Shown here piece by piece: positions 9,512-19,167 of a DNA stretch of 64,000 bases. Made by a program: the position numbers and the translations under genes. Source of the stretch: Pseudomonadota bacterium (GTDB lineage: Bacteria > Myxococcota_A > UBA9042 > GCA-2863065); assembly GCA_005776725.1 (NCBI GenBank), contig SXOO01000280.1, forward strand, positions 7,425-71,424, given 5' to 3'. The notes under the pieces are model-generated. The model ran no database searches, had not been told where the DNA came from, and was given only the letters and a program-made list of their open reading frames with translations. Position 1 is the first letter of the stretch. Every line of letters starts with the position of its first letter.

Positions 9512-10354
9512 ATGTTGATCCCACTGGCGATGCTGGCGAGCCTCGGCACGTCCGTAACGCCCTTCGGCGGCACTCGGAGCGACCCAGTCGTGGTCCCGCT
9601 CCAAGGCTCGCTCAGCGGCTTCCAAGCCACGTACACCACGCGCTGGATCCGCTTCGAGACACCCACCTGCACGCGGTTTCAGCTGAAGGCGGCCTTCTCT
9701 CGGCGCGACGTAGACGCGGCGACCTTCGAGGGCGTCAAGGAGGCCGTTCGTTTGTGGTGCGACACCGACGAGCCCAACGCCGTCGGTGTGGATTGCCAGC
9801 CGCTCGAGTTCGACTCGAACGGCGCTACCACAGACGTTGGGATCAGAGTCCGGACGTACGCGTCCACGAAGCTCACTTGGACCAGCGCCCCGTGTCCGGT
9901 GATTCCAGTCGCGCCGGGGCTCTCAGCCCCCCTCCGCGACGCGCTGTTCGGTTGGAAGTCCAGGCCCACGTCGGCCGAGCTGCGGGCGAAGCTCGCCGCA
10001 GCCGGGGTAGAGTTCCACAACGATGACGGGAAACCCGACCCGATGGGAGACGCCGCCAGAGTCGATCTGGCGGGAAAGTCGTTCAACCTATCGTTCGTCT
10101 ACAAGCCCGGCGGCGCGAACTTGTCCCTCGCTGCGTGTGAATTTGAGAGTGGCTTCGAGGAGCTCAGTTCGCTGGCGCCGTCCATCCTCGCTGCGGTTGG
10201 GCCACCGACAGTCCGCGTGAAGGCCGCTTCCTGGAGTCAGTGGCGGGCCAAGAACCCTTATGTCGCAGTGAAACTCAGGCTCCAGGAATGCGGTCACGAC
10301 GAGTCCGACGCGACTCGACTCGAGATCAGGTATGGCAATGGGGGTGTCAAATGA
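9512..10354 (+). CDS. hypothetical protein (paralog A2)
   Basis: SD ggaggag upstream of the ATG. The sequence is colinear with 6969-7811 (MLIPLAMLA..LGTSVTPFGGTRSDPVVVPLQGSLSGFQAT...). Confidence 0.6.
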   Translation: MLIPLAMLASLGTSVTPFGGTRSDPVVVPLQGSLSGFQATYTTRWIRFETPTCTRFQLKAAFSRRDVDAATFEGVKEAVRLWCDTDEPNAVGVDCQPLEFDSNGATTDVGIRVRTYASTKLTWTSAPCPVIPVAPGLSAPLRDALFGWKSRPTSAELRAKLAAAGVEFHNDDGKPDPMGDAARVDLAGKSFNLSFVYKPGGANLSLAACEFESGFEELSSLAPSILAAVGPPTVRVKAASWSQWRAKNPYVAVKLRLQECGHDESDATRLEIRYGNGGVK

Positions 10355-11880
10355 GCGGGAACCTCCGGAGGGCAGCGCTGAAGCGCGGGTGCCGCACAGG
10401 TTTGGCGTTGTGGCTCGCCCTCGTCCTGCTACCGCAGCTCGCGCTCGCCGTGCCGCCCAAGGCCCCGCCCATCCCGGCCGACCTCGCGCCTGCAGTCAAA
10501 GTCGCGCGCGGGATCCTGGCCAAGTTCAGGGAGCATTGTCAGCAGACGCGGTCGCGCAACGGCGAGTGGTTCATCGAGGACGATGACTACGACCGGGAGA
10601 AGTGTCCGACCTACCTGGCAGCGTTACTGAAGACCGATGAGGCTGTCATCCACGCGATCGGACGGGTGGCGCTCAGCCCATCGTTCTCCGCACACGACTG
10701 GGGAGGTGCCATGGGCGACTGGCCCGTACTGGTCGGCCACCTTGGCGAGGTTGGGAGCCCAGTAGCCGTTCAGTACCTGGTGCGCGCCGCGTTCCACCTC
10801 GGGAAGAGCTTCGACCCGGAGTCGGGGGACAGCGAACACATGAGCGTGATCGTGGACGCGTTGGAGCAGGCCACCGTCACCGACGTGGTGCCATTGCCCG
10901 CATCGCGACACGACGAGGACACGTCGACGGAGACCGACACCGAGATGGCCGATATCGGTAGGGCCTGGGCCGCCTGGTACGCGGCGCACGCGGCAGAGAC
11001 ACCGGAGCAGTGGCGAGCGGCTGGGCTGGCGGCCAGCCGCCTCGAGCTCTCCTCGCCGAAGCCGTGGGTGCGTCTCAAGGCGATCGAGCGCCAGCTTGGG
11101 GTGGGCGGTGACCACGAAGCCGCACTGCGCTCTCTGGAGTCGGCCCTCTCCGATCCGCTGGTAAGTGCCGAGTTCGTGGATTCGAGCGACAGGTTCGCCC
11201 GGAGAGGCGCCCCCCGGGAGCTGTTCGCCAGGGCGGAAGCCGCCCGTGACGCGGCCGTCGCCGCGCTGCCCGCCGACCCGAACGGTTCCGTCGCAGCGAG
11301 CCCGCCAACAGCTCCCAACGTCAAACGTCTGCTGGCCGACTGTACCAAGGCGTTCGAACAGCTTCGGCTGCGAGACGCCATGGCCGCGTGCTCTGACGCG
11401 GCGAAGGCAGACCCGGAGAACGTCACCGCCGCGGTCGGACGAGGCTGGGTCCAGCTCGAGTTGGGCGACACTGCGGCGGCTCGGACAACGGCCGAGGTCG
11501 CCCTCGCAGGCAAGCCAGACTCCGTGAAGGCGCTACAGCTCTCGGCGGCGATCGCGACGGTCGAAGGCGAAACGGCCAAGGCCCGGGCCTGGCTGGAGCT
11601 GGCTGCGAAGACGAACGCCGACGCGCGGCAGCGGCTCAAGATCTTGAACGGGCAGCCGCCCTCGACAACCTGGGTGCGCTACATCGCCCCGCGCCACGCC
11701 TGCTGGAGGCGCCGCGGAGCGCAGGCCGCCAACGCATTCCTACTCCGGCGTGGCATCAACGATCCGGCGGCCTTCGAGCGAGTCTGGGCCACTCTTCCCA
11801 AGCGAGAACAAGCCAAGCTGACTCGAAAGGGCGTCGCGGGCTGCCCGATGCACCCGGACGAGGCGAAACGGGCGGAGTAG
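10351..11880 (+). CDS. secreted TPR-like repeat protein (paralog B2)
   Basis: ATGA overlap and a signal peptide. Colinear with 7808-9337. Confidence 0.65.
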   Translation: MSGNLRRAALKRGCRTGLALWLALVLLPQLALAVPPKAPPIPADLAPAVKVARGILAKFREHCQQTRSRNGEWFIEDDDYDREKCPTYLAALLKTDEAVIHAIGRVALSPSFSAHDWGGAMGDWPVLVGHLGEVGSPVAVQYLVRAAFHLGKSFDPESGDSEHMSVIVDALEQATVTDVVPLPASRHDEDTSTETDTEMADIGRAWAAWYAAHAAETPEQWRAAGLAASRLELSSPKPWVRLKAIERQLGVGGDHEAALRSLESALSDPLVSAEFVDSSDRFARRGAPRELFARAEAARDAAVAALPADPNGSVAASPPTAPNVKRLLADCTKAFEQLRLRDAMAACSDAAKADPENVTAAVGRGWVQLELGDTAAARTTAEVALAGKPDSVKALQLSAAIATVEGETAKARAWLELAAKTNADARQRLKILNGQPPSTTWVRYIAPRHACWRRRGAQAANAFLLRRGINDPAAFERVWATLPKREQAKLTRKGVAGCPMHPDEAKRAE

Positions 11881-12053
11881 CTCTGCGAGAGCCACCTGAT
11901 TGTCCCGACCGCGGACGCCCCTACACGCTCGGTCGGTGATGCGAGCCGGAGCATCGCATGGTCGACCTGGGTCGCCTGGGTCGCCCGTGGGCTTCCGTTC
12001 GCGGCGCCGCCAGTGCTAGAGTGGGCCCCGCTTCTGACTAGAGGGAGATCCCG

Positions 12054-12575
12054 ATGGAATGGTGGCAAGCAGAGGGATGGGCCAGTCCGCCGCGGCGCGA
12101 GACGGCCCGCGGACCCGTTACCGTCTATCGAGCCGCAGGCGGGGGCAGCAACGCTCTCGGAAACTGCTTCTTCATCCCCACGAGGAGTCTGACAGGCGCG
12201 GTACAGGGACTCACGGCGCAGGCACTGGAGGCCGACCTCAACGCGGCGCTTTGGGGCAACCTGTTCAGAGAGATCTTCGTGTATTCGATCTTGCCTGGAA
12301 CTGTGTACTACATCGGGCCGGCGGCGCAGTCGGGGCCGATCGGTCGGCCGGATCAGAATGGACAGGTCAGCAATTGGTCTACCTCGATCCGCTCACCGGG
12401 GCTCCTTGAGCAGGTCTCACTCGAGTCGAAGTCTCCTACAGTGGCTAGACGGCTCGCGCGGACGGAAGAGCTGTCGGGAATGGTTACCCAGAAGGGCCGT
12501 TTCCGGCCTCGGGTGGACTCGCACATCTTCGCAGCCGGCCCCGTAGACTCGAAAGGCAGCCCAATCGCTCACTGA
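12054..12575 (+). CDS. hypothetical small protein in a locally lower-GC stretch
   Basis: ATG with SD agagggag 7 nt upstream. Codon usage is atypical for the window (ttt, tat, aga) and there are no recognisable motifs. Confidence 0.3.
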   Translation: MEWWQAEGWASPPRRETARGPVTVYRAAGGGSNALGNCFFIPTRSLTGAVQGLTAQALEADLNAALWGNLFREIFVYSILPGTVYYIGPAAQSGPIGRPDQNGQVSNWSTSIRSPGLLEQVSLESKSPTVARRLARTEELSGMVTQKGRFRPRVDSHIFAAGPVDSKGSPIAH

Positions 12576-12731
12576 GCCGGCGCCTTGAACCGAAGGTGCA
12601 GTCCGGCGGTGCCGTCGGGCCGATACGTAATTGCGCCCGGGGACTCACATTCTGCCAGCCCGGCCGCGCGCTGGGTTGACACGGCACGCAGCGCTCGGTG
12701 ACATGACCACCTGCATCGTCTCGAGGTACCC

Positions 12732-13700
12732 ATGACTCAGCGGCGGATGCTCGCCCTGCTCGCTCTCCTGATCACGCCCCTGGCGTTGGCCGGTCCGCCG
12801 AAGGGGAAGTCCACCTCGGCCCCGCCCGGCTACGTGAAGGTCAAGGCGGGGACGTTCCAGATGGGGTCGCCGCTGGACGAGCCCGGGCGCTACCCCAACG
12901 AGCAGCCTCATCCGGTGCGTCTCACCCGGTCGTTCTGGCTCAAGGCCACGGAGGTGACCCGGGGCGAGTGGAAGGCCCTGATAGGGACGAACCCCTCGCG
13001 CTTCGCGTCCTGCGGCGACGACTGCCCGGTCGAGGGCGTGAGCTGGTACGACGCGATCGCGTACGTGAATGCGCTGTCTCGCCGGGAGAACCTCCCGGAG
13101 TGCTACGTGTTGTCGGGGTGCCTGGGCACCGTCGGCGGCGGGTGCACGAACTGGTCAGAAGGCTCGTGCCGGGGCGACTTCGCGTGCTCCGACGTGACTT
13201 TCAGCGGTACCCGGTGCACCGGGTACCGCCTGCCGACCGAGGCCGAGTGGGAGTACGCGGCACGCGGGGGGTCCACGACGCCCCTCTATACCGGCCGAAT
13301 CACACTGCACGGCGACGAGGCCCCGGAGCTGGACCCGATTGGGTGGTACGCGGCCAATAGCGCCGCGGCCTACGACGGCGCGTTCGACTGCTCCGAGTGG
13401 AAGAAGCTCCCGCCCTCGACGAGCCGTTGCGGCCCCCAGACGGTGGGCAAGAAGGCACCGAACGGCTGGGGTGCCTACGACATGCTCGGCGGCGTCTGGG
13501 AGTGGTGCGGCGACTGGGCCGGCGACTACTCCGGCCGTGCGACCGATCCCATCGGGCCGCCCAGCGGAGACCGCCGTGTCTACCGGGGCGGGTCCTGGGC
13601 CGCGTGGGCGCGGGACCTGCGGGCCGCCAACCGCTTCTCGGTGGTCCCCGAGTACCGCTTCCACCACGTCGGCCTCCGCCCGATCAGGTCCATCCGCTGA
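12732..13700 (+). CDS. formylglycine-generating enzyme (FGE-sulfatase/SUMF1) family protein, secreted
   Basis: Signal peptide; the motifs GSPLDEPGRYPNEQPHPVRL, GVSWYDAIAYVNALS, YDMLGGVWEWCGDW and RVYRGGSWA are typical of the FGE/DUF323 fold. Confidence 0.8.
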   Translation: MTQRRMLALLALLITPLALAGPPKGKSTSAPPGYVKVKAGTFQMGSPLDEPGRYPNEQPHPVRLTRSFWLKATEVTRGEWKALIGTNPSRFASCGDDCPVEGVSWYDAIAYVNALSRRENLPECYVLSGCLGTVGGGCTNWSEGSCRGDFACSDVTFSGTRCTGYRLPTEAEWEYAARGGSTTPLYTGRITLHGDEAPELDPIGWYAANSAAAYDGAFDCSEWKKLPPSTSRCGPQTVGKKAPNGWGAYDMLGGVWEWCGDWAGDYSGRATDPIGPPSGDRRVYRGGSWAAWARDLRAANRFSVVPEYRFHHVGLRPIRSIR

Positions 13701-13837
13701 TCGCGAGGCGCTCGGTCGCCCGCTGCGCGACTGGGTCCCTCTTCACTGGCGTGTACGCCGGCACCTCGCCGCAGGAGAAATTGGGGTGGCGCCGTCCGAG
13801 TGACGCATCAGACCCTGTCGAGTTACCCTGCCGGCGC

Positions 13838-16800
13838 ATGAACCTTCGAACTCTATCGGCTGCAGCCCCGCACGCGGCTTTGCCGCGACTCCTCCTTGCC
13901 CTGCTCATGGTCACAGGCTGCTTCGGGGACTTCGAGCCCGAGAGCCATGCCTTCTGTCGAACCAACGCCGACTGTATCGCCGGGTGGGTCTGCGACGGGG
14001 TCCGGCAGCAATGCGTGAAGGTTGGAAGCGACGTCTCAGGGGTGGATGCGGGCGGCGATGCGCCCGATCCCACCCCCGACACCAGCGGGACTGACACGGC
14101 CGCGACCGACGTGCCGCTCGGGCCCGACCTGCTGGTGGACGACACCGGCCCCGACACCGCGGCGGCCCCCGACCTCTGGGAGCCCGACGACACCGGAGCT
14201 CTGGACGACGCGGGACCCCTGGAAGACGCGTCGGGGACCGACGGGACCGATGGCGTCGATGTGCCGGACTCCAGCGCGGACCTGACGGAGCCCACCGACG
14301 AGGGCCCCACGAGCGACGTCGAGGGAGCCGACGCGCCTCCTGAGTCCGACGCCTCAGACGACGTGTCGCCGCCCGACGTAGGCTGTGTGGACGAGTGCCC
14401 TATCGAGGGTCATCTCTACTGCACGGCGCAGGCATCCGAGCTGAGCCCCTGCGTTCAGCTCGATGGATGCCTGAAGCTGGGCCCTCCCATCGTCTGCCAG
14501 TTTGCGGTCAGTTGCCCGGCTCCTTGTGGTGACGCGCCTTGCGAAGCCACAGGCGCCTGCATCTTCGGCGAGGAGTGCGTGGCAGCGGGCACGATCGATG
14601 AGACCGGGTGCGCCGTGTGCTCGAGCGCGCCTGGCGGCCAGAAGGTCCCCCGCGCGTGCGACGACGGCGATCCTTGCACCGTCGACGCCTGCGATGGCGC
14701 GTGCACCAACACGCCGGCGTCGGGCCCCCCTTGTGACGACGGCGACGCCTGTACCGTGGAGGATCAGTGCGTCTCGGGCGCGTGCGGCGGCTCTGAGGTG
14801 GACTGCGGCGAGGGGAACGTTTGCGCGGCCTCGGCGTGCCATGTCGTCCAGGGTGTGGCGACGTGCGCGCCGGTGTACGCCCCGGACACCACGGCTTGCG
14901 ATGACGGCAACCCCTGCACGGATCTGGACCGCTGCGGGACGGGTGCCACCGCCGGGTCGTGCGTGGGGAGCAGCACGGCCGCCAGCTGTGACGATGGCGA
15001 CGCGTGTACGGATGACGCGTGCGTCGCGAACACCTGCGTGTCCACGCCCAGGTCGTGCGATGACGGCCAGGACTGCACGACCGACGGCTGCGAGGGGGGA
15101 GCGTGCCAGTCCATCGCGCGCCAGGGCACATGCTCAGACGGTAACGCGTGCACGGCGGAGGACGCCTGTGCGGCGGGCCAGTGCGCCGGACAGAAGCGCG
15201 ACTGCGATGACGGTAACCCGTGCACGGCCGACTCCTGCGCGCCCGCGAGCGGTTGCCAGCACGATCCCAAGGCTGGACCGTGTAGCGACGGGCTCTCGTG
15301 CACCCTCGACGATTCGTGCAGTGGCGGCGTGTGCAAGGGGACACTCTTCCCGTGTTCGGACGTCGGCTGCCGAACGACCATTTGCACGGAGCTCGGGCAG
15401 GGCCTGAAGGTCTGCGCGCTCGCGGGCAACAGCGCCCAGGGCAAGGCGTGCGACGACGGCCTCAGCTGTACGACCGACGACGCCTGCGATGGTGCGGGCG
15501 GCTGCTCCGGCCCGGTGCAAGCCGGCTCGTGTGCCATCGACGGGGCCTGCTTCGTGCACAACCAGACCGATCCGAAGGGCCCGTGCCGCCTTTGTAAGTC
15601 GACCAGCCCGACCGCCTGGACGTTCAAGGCGGAGCTGCTGGCCTGCGACGATGGGGACGCGTGTACCACCACATCAGCGTGCTCCCAGGGGAGCTGCGCC
15701 CAGACGGGGACGTTGAGCTGTGACGACCAGAACGCGTGCACGGTCGACAGCTGCTCGCCTCTCTCAGGATGTGTCCATTCGGCGGCGGCGAACTTGACGG
15801 CGTGCGATCGCGACGGGCTGAGCTGCACGACCGACCGATGCATCGGCGGGCAATGCACCTTCGCCAACGTGAGCGTCGGGACTTGCTTCATCGATGGTGC
15901 TTGTCACGAGGTCGACGCGACCCCGTCCGGCCCCGATGCCGACTGTCTCGCGTGTGACCCCTTCACGAATCCGCTCGGGTGGACCCCGATCCCCTTCCTC
16001 GTGGGCCAGGCTTGTAGCTCGAACCCCTGTCGAAGCGGGGCCACGTGTTCGGCGGAAGGCCGGTGTGAGGGAGGAAACGGCCACTCTGGCTCGAGCTGTC
16101 CGGATGGCGTCTGCCTCAGCGGTGACTGCTGGCTGCAGTATCCGGCGCTGGCGGGCCCACAGGGGGATCGCGGTTACAGCTTCACGGTGCCGGGTGGTTG
16201 CTTCGAGCTGGATGTCCGCGTCGCAGGCGCCGGCGGAGGAGAAGGTGGCTACGGAGGGACGATCGGCGGTCGGCTCATCGTCTCGCCGGGGGACATCATC
16301 GCTATGTGGGTCGGCGCGGGTGGTGGTCTAGGCACGGCCGGCCTCGCCGGCGCTGGAGGCGCCGGGACCGTGCGCGGCGGCGATGGAGGCTCAGTGCCGG
16401 ATGGGACCGGCATTGGTGGCAACGGCGGCGGAGCCGCCAGCCTCGTGCACCACAAAGGGCAGATGGTGCTCGTGGGTGGTGGCGGCGGGGGAGCCGCGTT
16501 CTACCAAGCCGGTGGAGGTCCGGGTGGACAGTGGCCCTCGCTTGCGGGGAACAACGGAGGGAGCCCCTATCCGCTCTCGGCGGGGGCGGGTCAGGGTGGG
16601 CCGTCGTCAGGCGGGGTGGCTCCTGTCGGTGGACTCGGGAAGAGCGGGGGCGGCGCCGGCCAACCGGCGGGTGAGGCCGGTGGCGCGGGTGGGGCCGGGA
16701 CCGGGAGCTACGCGAAGGGTGGCGGAGGCGGAGGCGGAGGCTACCGCTGGGGCGGCTCGGGCGGAGGCGGTTGGGGCGGAGGCGGCGCAGCCGACTCCGG

Positions 16801-19102
16801 CGGCGGTGGTGGAGGCGGGGGGGCCAGCTACTTCCATACTTCCGTGACCTCGCCGCTCAACTGGTCGCCCCCGATTGGCTACTCGCGGACTAGCTCAAGC
16901 AACCCGGGCCAGCCGGGGCTGGTCCTGCTCCGATGCGAACCTCCAACGACGGCCGGGTGTGGCTCGGCCGGCACCCCGGATGGTACCGCGTGCGACGACG
17001 GCAACCCGTGCACGACCTCGGACTCCTGTCTCGACGGGACGTGCAAGCCGGGTCCAATCGTCGCGTGCCCGTCTCCCGAATCGTGCAGAGAGCCCGGCGC
17101 CTGCGTGTCCGCGACCGGGACTTGCGAATACCCGGTCGCTCCGCCCGGCTCGATCTGTGATGACGGCAACCCCTGCTCTCAGGAGGACGCTTGCGACGAG
17201 AGCGGTCAGTGTCAGCCGGGTCCGCACATTAATTGTGTCGCCCCGAATTCTTGTCATCTCGCGGTCGCTTGCGATCCGAACACTGGGAACTGCCCGGCCG
17301 CAACTCTCGTGACCAACGGCACACCGTGCAGCGACGACTCTGCGTGCACACTGAACGACGCGTGCGTCGCGGGCATGTGCCTCGGTGCGGAGAGGACCTG
17401 CGACGATGGAAACCCCTGCACCGTCGACGCGTGCAGTCCGCAGTCGGGTTGCACGTCCACCAACGCGGACGCGACGACGCCCTGCGACGACGCCCTCTCG
17501 TGCACGACGGGCACGACGTGCGACGGATCGGGTTCCTGCAAAGGCGTCTTGGAAGCGGGGAAGTGTCTCATCGCGGGGACGTGTTACTCGAACAACGCGC
17601 CCAACCCGCTGAACGGCTGCCAGATCTGTAAGGTCGCCTCCGGGGCTGCGCAGTGGACCCTGCTCGCGGACACGGTGAGCTGCGACGACAGCAACGTGTG
17701 CACCACGAGCAGCAAGTGTGTCGCCGGCACCTGTACCAGCGTGGCCACGATCACCTGCGACGACCAGAAGCCCTGCACGGACGACGTGTGCCACCCGGTC
17801 GCCGGGTGTCAGTTCACGAGCGACGACTCGAACCTCTGCGATCTGGATGGCAAGGCGTGCACGGCGGACGCGTGCGTCAGCGGGACGTGTAACGCCGGCG
17901 CGATCTCGCCGCTCACCTGCCTCATCGGCGGAGTGTGCTACCCGATCGACGCCGGGCGTGGGGCTCCCCATGACAGTTGTGCCATCTGTGACCCTTTCGC
18001 GAGCCAGACGGCGTGGACGACGCAGAACGAAGGACAGCCGTGCAACACCTGCAGGACGGGCGCTACCTGCCAGCAGGGGCTCTGCAAGGGCGGCGCGGCG
18101 AGCTCGGCGGCCAATGGTGCGGTCTGCGCGCCCAGCACAGGCGTCTGGACGTACCAGTGTTCGGAAGGCGACTGCTGGGCGTGGGCCCCGAAGTCGTCGG
18201 GGGCAACAGCGCAGTCTTGGAGCGTCCCGAACGGTTGCGCGCAGGCCACGGCGCTCGTGTGGGGCGCCGGTGGCGGGAGCGGGGGTCAGAAGGCTGGCAA
18301 CCCCGCCGGAGCAGGCGGGAATGGCGGAGGCGGAGGCTTCGCGGGCGGCAGCTTCCCGGTCAGCCCCGGAGAGTCCCTGGCGGTCTACATCGGCTCCCCG
18401 GGACAGCGCGGAACCGGGAGCCTGCAGGGCGGTCTCCCCGGAGGCGGCCCGGGTGGCTACACAGGCACGAGCTGTAGCGGCGGCGGCGGGGGGGGATTCT
18501 CGGCGGTCCTCCGCGGCAGCTCGCATCTCCTCGTGGCCGGCGGTGGCGGTGGAGGCAGCTCGGGCACCGACGGAGGTCCCACGGTCGACGCCGGGGGATC
18601 GGGGGGCGGCTCCTCCGGGCAAGCCGGCCAGCTCCCTCAATTCTCGGGTGGTGGCGCCACCGCGACCGCAGGAGGCCTCGGAGGAATGAAGGCGCTCGGC
18701 GTGGGCGACTACTACGAGGGCTACTTCGTGGGCGGCAGTGGCGGGAAGCTCCTCGGTGGCGCAGGTCACGTCCACGGAGCCCTGGGCGCGTGCAGCGGCG
18801 GCGGAGGCGGCGGCGGCTGGTACGGAGGCGGCGGCGGGGCCACGTGGATCGGCGCCGTGTCGGACAAGCTCGGCGGCGGCGGGGGTGGAGGGAGCGGGTA
18901 CACGGACGCGGGCCTCACCGCCGGCACGGCCAAGCTCGTCAGCGGCTCCTTCAAGACGCCGGCCGAACCGGATACCGCACACCCGAATCAGCTCGACCGC
19001 TTCGAGGGGTATTCAGTGGCGTTCGGGGAGATCCGGCGTCGCGCACGGTCTGACGGCCCCGGGCTGGTCTTGCTCCGTTGCGAGAAGCAAGCCGGGGAGT
19101 AA
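13838..19102 (+). CDS. giant Cys-rich repeat lipoprotein (Myxococcus-type CDDGNPCTxDxC repeats) with two Gly-rich tracts; internally duplicated two-module architecture
   Basis: ATG at 13838 is followed by a signal peptide and the lipobox LMVTGC. There are dozens of CDDG(N/D)xCTxDxC repeats and two long poly-Gly tracts. Each module ends in a PGLVLLRCE motif (near 16930 and 19085). Confidence 0.7.
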   Translation: MNLRTLSAAAPHAALPRLLLALLMVTGCFGDFEPESHAFCRTNADCIAGWVCDGVRQQCVKVGSDVSGVDAGGDAPDPTPDTSGTDTAATDVPLGPDLLVDDTGPDTAAAPDLWEPDDTGALDDAGPLEDASGTDGTDGVDVPDSSADLTEPTDEGPTSDVEGADAPPESDASDDVSPPDVGCVDECPIEGHLYCTAQASELSPCVQLDGCLKLGPPIVCQFAVSCPAPCGDAPCEATGACIFGEECVAAGTIDETGCAVCSSAPGGQKVPRACDDGDPCTVDACDGACTNTPASGPPCDDGDACTVEDQCVSGACGGSEVDCGEGNVCAASACHVVQGVATCAPVYAPDTTACDDGNPCTDLDRCGTGATAGSCVGSSTAASCDDGDACTDDACVANTCVSTPRSCDDGQDCTTDGCEGGACQSIARQGTCSDGNACTAEDACAAGQCAGQKRDCDDGNPCTADSCAPASGCQHDPKAGPCSDGLSCTLDDSCSGGVCKGTLFPCSDVGCRTTICTELGQGLKVCALAGNSAQGKACDDGLSCTTDDACDGAGGCSGPVQAGSCAIDGACFVHNQTDPKGPCRLCKSTSPTAWTFKAELLACDDGDACTTTSACSQGSCAQTGTLSCDDQNACTVDSCSPLSGCVHSAAANLTACDRDGLSCTTDRCIGGQCTFANVSVGTCFIDGACHEVDATPSGPDADCLACDPFTNPLGWTPIPFLVGQACSSNPCRSGATCSAEGRCEGGNGHSGSSCPDGVCLSGDCWLQYPALAGPQGDRGYSFTVPGGCFELDVRVAGAGGGEGGYGGTIGGRLIVSPGDIIAMWVGAGGGLGTAGLAGAGGAGTVRGGDGGSVPDGTGIGGNGGGAASLVHHKGQMVLVGGGGGGAAFYQAGGGPGGQWPSLAGNNGGSPYPLSAGAGQGGPSSGGVAPVGGLGKSGGGAGQPAGEAGGAGGAGTGSYAKGGGGGGGGYRWGGSGGGGWGGGGAADSGGGGGGGGASYFHTSVTSPLNWSPPIGYSRTSSSNPGQPGLVLLRCEPPTTAGCGSAGTPDGTACDDGNPCTTSDSCLDGTCKPGPIVACPSPESCREPGACVSATGTCEYPVAPPGSICDDGNPCSQEDACDESGQCQPGPHINCVAPNSCHLAVACDPNTGNCPAATLVTNGTPCSDDSACTLNDACVAGMCLGAERTCDDGNPCTVDACSPQSGCTSTNADATTPCDDALSCTTGTTCDGSGSCKGVLEAGKCLIAGTCYSNNAPNPLNGCQICKVASGAAQWTLLADTVSCDDSNVCTTSSKCVAGTCTSVATITCDDQKPCTDDVCHPVAGCQFTSDDSNLCDLDGKACTADACVSGTCNAGAISPLTCLIGGVCYPIDAGRGAPHDSCAICDPFASQTAWTTQNEGQPCNTCRTGATCQQGLCKGGAASSAANGAVCAPSTGVWTYQCSEGDCWAWAPKSSGATAQSWSVPNGCAQATALVWGAGGGSGGQKAGNPAGAGGNGGGGGFAGGSFPVSPGESLAVYIGSPGQRGTGSLQGGLPGGGPGGYTGTSCSGGGGGGFSAVLRGSSHLLVAGGGGGGSSGTDGGPTVDAGGSGGGSSGQAGQLPQFSGGGATATAGGLGGMKALGVGDYYEGYFVGGSGGKLLGGAGHVHGALGACSGGGGGGGWYGGGGGATWIGAVSDKLGGGGGGGSGYTDAGLTAGTAKLVSGSFKTPAEPDTAHPNQLDRFEGYSVAFGEIRRRARSDGPGLVLLRCEKQAGE

Positions 19103-19167
19103 GCCGGCCCCCAGCACGCGGCCCCGCCCGACGGCGGCGAGCACGCGAGCACCCCCTCCACCCGCTC

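Larger units (their letters stand above)
9367..11880 (+). repeat. copy 2 of the tandem segmental duplication
   Basis: See copy 1. Confidence 0.8.

Noticed and set aside
13397-13837. ORF-track N-terminal extensions (13397 for the Cys-rich gene; also 34175 and 52877 for later genes)
   Set aside because: The extensions overlap upstream genes and lack signal peptides. Internal starts at 13838, 34544 and 53642 give canonical signal peptides/lipoboxes and ATGA-coupled junctions.
16150-16900. Gly-rich tracts as collagen-like or RTX repeats
   Set aside because: There is no regular G-x-y triplet and no GGxGxDxUx nonapeptide.
16895-18982. 695-aa reverse ORF inside the Cys-rich lipoprotein gene
   Set aside because: Antisense artefact with the same low-complexity composition.
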